Source: a virus. Taken from it: 64,000 bases of DNA. Made by a program: the position numbers and the translations under genes. How positions within the stretch are numbered: position 1 is the first letter of the stretch; each line of letters opens with the position of its first letter. The stretch lies in IMG/VR virus record IMGVR_UViG_3300017956_006678, positions 1-64,000 of that record; one strand, given 5' to 3'. This document shows positions 56,795 through 64,000 of this stretch, one piece after another. The notes under the pieces are model-generated. The model saw nothing but the letters and a program-made list of their open reading frames with translations, had not been told where the DNA came from and did no database searches.

Positions 56795-59482
56795 ATGGCA
56801 AAGAAAAAAATTAGAGGAAAAACTATTAAATTAGCTGATGCAAATAAAGCTGATTATATAGTTCGAAAAAATGATGGCATCAATATTGACACTGTTACAT
56901 TTCCTAGCGACGTTCAAATTGGACTAGCTTCAGGAAAAAATAGTAATTTAACTGTCACGGGACAAATCAAAGGATCGATTCAAGAAACAAAAGATGGTTT
57001 GCCATATCTTGTTGCAGGTACAGGTATAACAATTGCCACAGGATCTAACGGTCAGGTGACAATAGAATCTTCTGGAGGTGGAGCATCAGGAGATATAACA
57101 AGTGTAATTGCTGGTAATGGTTTAACAGGAGGAGGGTTAACTGGAGATGTTACACTTAATGTTGGATCTGGAACAGGAATAGATGTAGGGGGAAATTCAA
57201 TCAGTGTTGATGTTTCTGATTTTATGTCTAATGGAGCAGCTAATAGAATACTGACAGCCACGGGCCCAGATACAATGCAAGCAGAGTCTTTGTTATTATT
57301 TGACGGGACAACACTATCTGTGCCTAATAAAATTAAAGTTTCTGGGGATGTACATTTAACCAACACTGATCCATTTCTTGTCACAAATAGCACAAATTTA
57401 AAAGTCCAGTCATCTGGAAGCATATGGGCACAAATTGATGATGGAGGAGATAAAACTTCAAGTTTCAGAATATATTCAGGCTCGCAAATAATAATGAATG
57501 TCGAAAGTAGTAACTTTTCAACAACGTTTCCTGCCGGAGATATTTTTATAACAAATAATAATGACTTAAGATTAAATACAGGCGGAACAATAGTCTTAGA
57601 TAATAATAGCGATTCTGAAGTATACCTCAGCTCTTCAAGTGGATTATCTTTGGACATTGACAGTAATAATATCCTTAATTTATACGCAGACAATAATATA
57701 ATTCATTATTTAGGAGATCATCAGGCTGGAACGTATTCTAGAAATTCTTTTAATGCAGGAAACAACACGTTTAACGTGGACAATGATGATATGGACTTTA
57801 GAGTGCATACAAGCAACTATGAAGGTACATTCTTTGTTGATGCCGGCGACGATACTGTAATAATAGGCGCACAAGATTTTGATTCAACCCCAGCAGCTTC
57901 AGAGCTTCTTTCAAAGGGTTATGGTAACGATGTTAAAATAATGTTGTCTGGGACTTATGACTCTAAGGACAGTTCGACCCGAGGTGTTGTTTTAATGACA
58001 GGTGACACAACAGTTTCCGGAAACTTGTATATAGCAGGAGACACTTCCGCAAAAAGAAAAATCTCATCGATCGGATCAATGGAAATTAGGTCTATAGATG
58101 GGACAACTTCTGTTGTCGGAGATAACAATGTTAATGTTTGGATTGGTTATGATGGAGCAGGTTCAAATCAATCATTTTCCATTTATAAGGGCACGGGAGG
58201 TTATGAGCAAATATTTGTTGTTAGTGAAGACAAATCAGTTAGAATATTTGGTGAACTAGATGTTGAAAGTAATTTAGTTGTTCATTTAGATTACGACTCT
58301 GATAATTCAAATTCTTATTTTGGAACTAAAAATGGAGGCGGAACTTTTAATCAGGTTTTTTATGAAGATGGAAGAGCTTATTTTAATTATAGTAGACAGT
58401 CAACAGGAAATTTTATAGTCAATGGAGATAATGATTATGGATTAATATTTGTAGATGCTGGAGAGGACGCTGTTGCTTTAGGTAGTGCAATAGATATAAA
58501 TCCTAATTGGTCTGAACTTACAGAAACCGGAACAGATGTTAAAGTATTATTATCAGGAACAATCGGTTCCAAAGATGGTTCAACACGAGGGGTTACATTA
58601 GCAGCGGGTGATTTTGCTGCTTCTGGGAGCATATACACGGGAGGCAACTTACTTTCACTAGATAGTACATTGGCTTTAAATGCTAGTTCTGAAGTTAGTT
58701 CTTTTGTATCTTCAAATAAAAATGCCACATATTCAAGTGCAACTGAGTTTAATACAAATCGAGCTGATGTTGATTTTGAAGTTAATACAGATGATTATTA
58801 TGGTACATTTTTTATTGATGGTAATGACAATACAATAATAATAGGACATGAACTATTTGACAGTTCCCCATCAGCATCAGAAGTTTCCGGATATGGTAAT
58901 GATGTTAAAATTATGTTATCTGGATCTGCCGGATCAAAAGATACTTCTAATAGAGGTGTTGTTTTAGTGACAGGTGATTTAGTTGTCTCAGGGACTACTC
59001 ATTTAACTAATTTAACCAGCCCGGGAAGCATATTATCATTTAGAAATTTTAATACAGTAAATGCAGAAGACTTTGATGTGCCTACAAGTTTTAACTTTAT
59101 AGAAGGGATCACTTCTGGAAAGGCATACATAACATTTGATGCACCTTCAACAGGAAACGTTGAGTTAGAATTTAGTGTCTACGTTGAACAAACTGGTGCT
59201 GGCGCTGACTTGTTTATGGCATTATCAACAAATGGATCTACATGGACAACTATTTCAAATACAGATGTAAAAGTTTTTGATGGAGATGAGAATGACGATG
59301 GATATCGAACATTTAAATGGATTCTTACCGGTCTAACCTCTGGAACTTCTTATACATATTATTTTGGGGCAGAGTCTAATAGTAGTACTGGTATTGACCT
59401 TAATTGGGGAAAAGCTTCTGCTGCTATTGGTTACCCACCTTTAATAATGAAAGCAACATCACTTCCAAATACTATTACGTAG
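56795..59482 (+). CDS. Tail fibre-like protein with internal repeats
   Basis: YLVAGTGITI and GDITSVIAGNGLTGGGLTGDVTLNV fibre-type motifs; Gly/Ser/Thr-rich; repeated modules. Confidence 0.75.
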   Translation: MAKKKIRGKTIKLADANKADYIVRKNDGINIDTVTFPSDVQIGLASGKNSNLTVTGQIKGSIQETKDGLPYLVAGTGITIATGSNGQVTIESSGGGASGDITSVIAGNGLTGGGLTGDVTLNVGSGTGIDVGGNSISVDVSDFMSNGAANRILTATGPDTMQAESLLLFDGTTLSVPNKIKVSGDVHLTNTDPFLVTNSTNLKVQSSGSIWAQIDDGGDKTSSFRIYSGSQIIMNVESSNFSTTFPAGDIFITNNNDLRLNTGGTIVLDNNSDSEVYLSSSSGLSLDIDSNNILNLYADNNIIHYLGDHQAGTYSRNSFNAGNNTFNVDNDDMDFRVHTSNYEGTFFVDAGDDTVIIGAQDFDSTPAASELLSKGYGNDVKIMLSGTYDSKDSSTRGVVLMTGDTTVSGNLYIAGDTSAKRKISSIGSMEIRSIDGTTSVVGDNNVNVWIGYDGAGSNQSFSIYKGTGGYEQIFVVSEDKSVRIFGELDVESNLVVHLDYDSDNSNSYFGTKNGGGTFNQVFYEDGRAYFNYSRQSTGNFIVNGDNDYGLIFVDAGEDAVALGSAIDINPNWSELTETGTDVKVLLSGTIGSKDGSTRGVTLAAGDFAASGSIYTGGNLLSLDSTLALNASSEVSSFVSSNKNATYSSATEFNTNRADVDFEVNTDDYYGTFFIDGNDNTIIIGHELFDSSPSASEVSGYGNDVKIMLSGSAGSKDTSNRGVVLVTGDLVVSGTTHLTNLTSPGSILSFRNFNTVNAEDFDVPTSFNFIEGITSGKAYITFDAPSTGNVELEFSVYVEQTGAGADLFMALSTNGSTWTTISNTDVKVFDGDENDDGYRTFKWILTGLTSGTSYTYYFGAESNSSTGIDLNWGKASAAIGYPPLIMKATSLPNTIT
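57778..58993 (+). repeat. Three copies of a ~75-80 aa module inside the fibre gene
   Basis: F.V...Y.G.FF.D...D....G...GNDVKIMLSG...SKD.S.RGVVL.TGD..VSG at about 57778-58021, 58409-58627 and 58763-58993; DNA similarity between ggttatggtaacgatgttaaaataatgttgtctgg and ggatatggtaatgatgttaaaattatgttatctgg. Confidence 0.85.
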
Positions 59483-59510
59483 TTTTTTTAGCAGGGTATA
59501 ATTATAAATT

Positions 59511-60560
59511 ATGGGAATACTAAACAAAAAAGAGAGAATAATGGATACGATCATAACTGTTGAAGGACGTCGACAGTTTGGGCGTGGTAATTTTAGACCT
59601 GAATTTGCATCTTTCACAGATGGGCAAGCGTTTTACGAAACTGATGTAGTGAGTGGTTCTACAGATGCTAGAGATAGAATACTTTTTGAAGCAGTCAGCT
59701 TACCAGCAGATAAAATATTTTTAGAGTATGATGATTCAGGTAGACTACTAGGAAGTCCTGATGTTAAAATTAATATTGCAGGTAATTCCGGAATATTTCT
59801 CAGAGATGATAACGGAAATTATAATTTAGCGAACAATAGCAATTTTACAACGTTAGCAGAAACAATGGTAACAGGTGCAATTGATAATTTAAATAGACAT
59901 CAGCTACTTGGTTCTTATAAACCTAATGATGTTAATGATTTTTCTTTTGATCTAACAGAAGAAAATATTGATTTTGTAATTGACAACATAACGCCTTTTG
60001 GTAATCTACCTAATAAAAACTCTAAAGAAATAGACGCAATGCAACCTTTCCTTTATGACAAAAGGTTGAATCATTTACCACAATTCCAATTTTTGCCGCC
60101 TGTTAGATCTTCAGATAATAAATTAGTAAGCCTTTATGATGATTTAAATGATCGATCAATAATAACTTTTCAAGACTTAATTAATGATATCGGTGAGTTA
60201 CCATTAGAAAATAAAAATACAGAATCTGAAAAAGATTTATTAAGTCAATTTGGAAATTTAGAAGATTCTTTTGTTAATGCTGCTAAACAAAATACTAATC
60301 CAAACATAGGATACCCAAGAGAATCAGTTAAGTTTGTTGATACAACATTATCAAACAATATTTTTGCTCAATGTTTTGAAATTAGATCAGAAAATAATGA
60401 AAACTACTTGGAAAAGTTAAGTGTTATTGATTTCGGAACTTTTAGAGATAATTCAGACAAAAATAGACCTGACAAACATGTGTTTTTTGTGGGCAAAGTT
60501 AAAGACGGTGTTGGTAATATGCCTACTTTTATTAATTTATTTACTTTGGTATTTGACTAA
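59511..60560 (+). CDS. Hypothetical structural-module protein
   Basis: 349 aa ORF; MGILNKKERIMDTIITVEGRRQ N-terminus; C-terminal HVFFVGKV...TFINLFTLVFD. Confidence 0.6.
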   Translation: MGILNKKERIMDTIITVEGRRQFGRGNFRPEFASFTDGQAFYETDVVSGSTDARDRILFEAVSLPADKIFLEYDDSGRLLGSPDVKINIAGNSGIFLRDDNGNYNLANNSNFTTLAETMVTGAIDNLNRHQLLGSYKPNDVNDFSFDLTEENIDFVIDNITPFGNLPNKNSKEIDAMQPFLYDKRLNHLPQFQFLPPVRSSDNKLVSLYDDLNDRSIITFQDLINDIGELPLENKNTESEKDLLSQFGNLEDSFVNAAKQNTNPNIGYPRESVKFVDTTLSNNIFAQCFEIRSENNENYLEKLSVIDFGTFRDNSDKNRPDKHVFFVGKVKDGVGNMPTFINLFTLVFD

Positions 60561-60586
60561 AGATAGAATTTTGGAGAAAATAATTA

Positions 60587-63500
60587 ATGCCTATTCGAGT
60601 TAAATTTAATCAAAGCGTTATAAACAAAAATAATAGAAAGTTAATTCTTACGCCTAATGAGACTAATGAGCATGTTGTTGTTTTTCTTAATAAAAATAAC
60701 AAATACGAATTTTTAATTCCATTAAGAGTAGATTTAAAAGAAAGTATAAATAAGAACTTTACTTTTGAAATGGAAATACAAAATAATTTACAACTTAAAA
60801 AACCAACGATTGTTAATGAATCAAGTTTAAGTCCATCAACAGAACATTTAGATAAGTTTGGAATGCTACCTGGTCAAATTAATCAAAATTCTAGAACTGT
60901 TGAACGAATTAAAAAGCGTAAAGAAAAATTAGAAAGATATGAAGGAATTAACAATTCAAAAGGAAGAGATAAAAATTTAGGAGAAAATAGTTTAAGATCT
61001 AATTCTGACAGAAAATTTCAAGGAAAATATGGATCTAATGACAAAGTTAAGCAAAAAATTAAAAAAGATATAATATTAAATAATGTTCATGAAGCTCAAA
61101 AAGTGCAACGTGATATTGTTTTATTGAATAAAGCTAAAACGATTAAAAAGAAAAAAATCGACTATACAAAAAAAATATCTAATAAAAAAGTAAAAAATAT
61201 TGTTCGTAAAGATAAATCAGATGATGAAATATTTGGTTATAAAAAGTCTTATAAACTAGGTAAGCCTAACAATCCTGGTATTGACATGTCGTCCCCTATT
61301 TATATTTCAAATATCGACATAGGCGGTAATATAACAAATACCGGTCAAAATAATATTAATAATAATCCGGATATTAAAAACAATAACATAAAAAATCAGT
61401 CCACAGAAGTTTTATTAAATAATCAATATCTTAAAAAACAAGATCCCGCTGTTCTTTTTGAAGGCGTACCAACACATCGTTCTGTAAAAAATGTTGATCG
61501 AGGTACAAAACCAAAATTAGGTGTTAAAAGCTCTGGTAAGAAAAGAACAACTTTAGATAAAATTAACGTTTCTAAATCTTTAAAAGATAACACAAAACCA
61601 CCTGGGCTTGATCTAGTTAATCGAGCTGTAGGTAGCGGTAATCGTTCTATAAGAACAGGAATTAAAGGCACAGGAAGCTTTGATATTACAGGAAGAAAAA
61701 ATAAAAAAGTCAAAAATAATCAAAAACCATTTGTTTATTCACAAAAAGAAATTAATAGAAAAACACTGATTTATATGAATTATGTTTTAGAAGATGATCA
61801 TCTCTTTGGTGAAAAAGTAAATCTTGTTTTTAAGTGTATTAATAGAAAAGGTTTAGTCCTTATGGATAAAATCTTTACACTAAATGCATTAGACATTATT
61901 GACAAGCAAACATCAATACCAGATTTTATGCCGAGCTTAAGTGTGACGAAAAATAGACACGCAAATTTTGCGCGTGTTGAAGTTTTTAATAAGTCATCTA
62001 ATGATATAAGATACAAAATTTATAGAAAAGTCCTAGAACCATCAAAAAGTATTCAATCTTTAAATTATTCGCTAATATTAGAAGGAACTGTCAAAGCAAA
62101 GTCGTCAAATAGAGAAAAAATCGATCAGTATCACAACTTAGATTGTTTGTATCGAATGACATATGAAATATTTGGAAAAGAAGACAGCATAGAATACGCA
62201 AATTTTTCAAATGATGTTTCGTTAATGGCACACCCGGCAAATAGTTCTAGATATGTCGTTCTAGAAGCAGCAGTTACAAATGTAGAATCTAATGAGTCAA
62301 TTGAAGTTGAAATTAGACATCTACCTCCTGACACAGATAGTGTAAAACTTTTAAGAAAATCTGTTAGTAATGTTAATAGTCCTAATAAGATGCAAAAAAT
62401 GGAATATGTCAGAGATCCTAATGATGATAATAGAGTCCAAATTAAAAAGCCTAGTTTAGATAGAATGGTTTCTTTTGTTGATAGAGGCGTTGTTGACGGT
62501 ACCACTTATGAATATCGTGCTGAAATTCTTTTAAAAAGAGGTACAAAACATGTAAGTACTAATTGTATTAGAGAAAAATTTGAGGAAAAAACAGACATAT
62601 TTAAGCCAAAATTGGGTGTGTCAGATCAAATAGAAAATAATGATTTAACAGTAAATATAAACAGCTTACAAAACGTATTTACAAACGTAGATTCTCTTAA
62701 AGCCTTAAGTGATCAACAAAAAATTAAAAGTGTTCCTGTTCTTAAATTAGAAAAAAGAAAAACAATAGCTGACGATTTAATTGACAAGCTATCAGCAAAA
62801 GGCGAAACATTTACCGAAGATCTAAAAAAGATTAAGCAAGCATCAAACGTACAAGGTGGCGCATCAATTACTTTAATTAATAAGACAGATGGTGGACGTT
62901 TTCATTTAGGGGACATTAAAGAAGGAGAACCTATAATAACTGGTAATCTTAATTTAGAAGGATCCTCAGTTAAAAAGAATTGCGAATATGCAATAAAAAT
63001 TGAACCTTACGAAATATCAACAAAAGACACAATAGATAAAATATCTAAAGTTTTGTCTAATGCTAATAGTTTAGCAAATGCATCAGAAGTCGTTAATAAG
63101 TTTTCTTCAATAAGAAGATCAGCATTAGCAGATATTAAAAGAAGTAGCAGACAAAATGCTACTAGTCAAAAAGATCGATCTAAATTCTTTAGTAAGCGAC
63201 GTTTAAAAAGAGGATCGATTGAACCAGCAGATCGCGCAAAATCTTTAGCTAAGTCCACAATTAAATCAGATTTTATTGATTTAGATTATACAGGAGATAT
63301 TATCAATATTCCTTTCAATACCAATGTTAGAAGAGAATTTTCAGCTGTATTTGTTGATACATATGTGTCGCCTTATCACAATGTTATTTTAACGTTTAAA
63401 GTTGCAGGATCATTGCAGGATATAGACTTTATTATAATTAGTGCAAAAAAAGATGACGAGTATTATCCTGTAGGATCAGCACATTGTGATAAAGAAAATG

Positions 63501-63670
63501 AAATATATAATTTTTTAGATTATACAAATTCTGATTATTTAGGAAGAATTGAATATTATGCACAAGCTGTTTATGAGTCAGGTGAAATTGATACGCAACG
63601 TCATAAAATAGGCGAAGCAATATTAGTTAATAAATTTGATGATGAATTCTTAATTAAAAATAAAAAATAG
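60587..63670 (+). CDS. Large hypothetical protein with basic low-complexity region and Fn3/Ig-like segments
   Basis: Lys/Asn-rich central region; FVDRGVVDGTTYEYRAE resembles an Fn3 strand pattern; GGAG SD. Confidence 0.6.
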   Translation: MPIRVKFNQSVINKNNRKLILTPNETNEHVVVFLNKNNKYEFLIPLRVDLKESINKNFTFEMEIQNNLQLKKPTIVNESSLSPSTEHLDKFGMLPGQINQNSRTVERIKKRKEKLERYEGINNSKGRDKNLGENSLRSNSDRKFQGKYGSNDKVKQKIKKDIILNNVHEAQKVQRDIVLLNKAKTIKKKKIDYTKKISNKKVKNIVRKDKSDDEIFGYKKSYKLGKPNNPGIDMSSPIYISNIDIGGNITNTGQNNINNNPDIKNNNIKNQSTEVLLNNQYLKKQDPAVLFEGVPTHRSVKNVDRGTKPKLGVKSSGKKRTTLDKINVSKSLKDNTKPPGLDLVNRAVGSGNRSIRTGIKGTGSFDITGRKNKKVKNNQKPFVYSQKEINRKTLIYMNYVLEDDHLFGEKVNLVFKCINRKGLVLMDKIFTLNALDIIDKQTSIPDFMPSLSVTKNRHANFARVEVFNKSSNDIRYKIYRKVLEPSKSIQSLNYSLILEGTVKAKSSNREKIDQYHNLDCLYRMTYEIFGKEDSIEYANFSNDVSLMAHPANSSRYVVLEAAVTNVESNESIEVEIRHLPPDTDSVKLLRKSVSNVNSPNKMQKMEYVRDPNDDNRVQIKKPSLDRMVSFVDRGVVDGTTYEYRAEILLKRGTKHVSTNCIREKFEEKTDIFKPKLGVSDQIENNDLTVNINSLQNVFTNVDSLKALSDQQKIKSVPVLKLEKRKTIADDLIDKLSAKGETFTEDLKKIKQASNVQGGASITLINKTDGGRFHLGDIKEGEPIITGNLNLEGSSVKKNCEYAIKIEPYEISTKDTIDKISKVLSNANSLANASEVVNKFSSIRRSALADIKRSSRQNATSQKDRSKFFSKRRLKRGSIEPADRAKSLAKSTIKSDFIDLDYTGDIINIPFNTNVRREFSAVFVDTYVSPYHNVILTFKVAGSLQDIDFIIISAKKDDEYYPVGSAHCDKENEIYNFLDYTNSDYLGRIEYYAQAVYESGEIDTQRHKIGEAILVNKFDDEFLIKNKK

Positions 63671-63681
63671 GATAATATAAA

Positions 63682-64000
63682 ATGGGCGGATTTAATTTAA
63701 CGACCCTTGACAGCAATGTTAGTTTCCAACCTGGAAAATTAACAGTGTCAGGAATCAATGCTGAAGAAGAAGAAACAAATACTGCAGTTATTAGTAATAC
63801 AGAAGTTGCATTAGAAACTAGTCCGGATCCTGCTTATGAACCACCTCCTACATCTTCAACATATGTTTCTCAAGAAGTAAAAGATTTAAACCCAGAAGTT
63901 GAACAAGATCCTTTTGACACTGTAGGGGAAACAGAAGAATTTTACAATGAAGTTGAAATCTACGACCCTCTAAACAAAGGAGGCGGAGAAAGTGCACGAA
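63682..64000 (+). CDS. Partial CDS running off the window end (acidic, Glu/Pro/Thr-rich N-terminus)
   Basis: AGGA SD, then ATG at 63682 (MGGFNLTTLDSNVSFQPGKL...), with no stop before 64000; absent from the ORF track. Confidence 0.7.
   Translation, partial: MGGFNLTTLDSNVSFQPGKLTVSGINAEEEETNTAVISNTEVALETSPDPAYEPPPTSSTYVSQEVKDLNPEVEQDPFDTVGETEEFYNEVEIYDPLNKGGGESAR

Noticed and set aside
239-63620. Short antisense or alternate-frame ORFs in the track (e.g. 239-427, 9869-10129, 43621-44145, 57052-57693, 62131-62505)
   Set aside because: They lie within longer, motif-bearing genes, lack recognisable motifs and look like shadow ORFs.
1-64000. Genome-wide stop-codon reassignment (TAG or TGA recoded)
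   Set aside because: TAA, TAG and TGA all end well-defined genes (TAG at 10739 and 28800; TGA at 12030 and 17375), coding density is already near complete, and only one in-frame TGA was found.
41871-64000. Cellular contractile injection system (eCIS/T6SS) or giant eukaryotic virus origin
   Set aside because: T4-like gp6/gp25 genes, a phage-type sigma, a solo Cas4-like nuclease, SD-led operons and the absence of housekeeping genes fit a tailed jumbo phage better.

Overview
This 64 kb window is very AT-rich, densely coding and uses the standard genetic code. It most likely comes from a large (jumbo-type) contractile-tailed bacteriophage, based on bacterial Shine-Dalgarno sites, sigma70-like promoters, T4 gp25- and gp6-like baseplate genes, a spike/hub-like gene and a phage sigma-like factor. 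Layout, left to right: (1) 1-6 kb, proteases and probable capsid-internal proteins. (2) 6.3-14.7 kb, a complete yeaH-spoVR-prkA triad, a degenerate GroEL-like gene, an Hc1 histone-like gene, a stand-alone sigma region-4 protein and PIN-PhoH. (3) 14.7-40.4 kb, a ~26 kb glycan biosynthesis island with about 10-12 glycosyltransferases, NeuB/NeuA plus a HAD phosphatase and a Cst-like transferase, a pyruvyltransferase, RmlB/RmlD-like, Ugd, five methyltransferases, three 2OG-Fe(II) oxygenases and a radical SAM enzyme. (4) 40.7-64 kb, a sigma-like factor followed by baseplate, LamG and fibre structural genes. The strongest candidate for an undescribed system is phage-encoded virion glycosylation: several structural proteins are strongly enriched in a [ST]-[GA]-S tripeptide that is rare in the enzymes and could be the acceptor sequon for the neighbouring island, which may make a KDN/sialic-acid-type sugar. 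One large structural gene is split by a single in-frame TGA. No tRNA, rRNA, CRISPR array or IS element was seen. All family calls come from motif recognition by eye; no database search was run.
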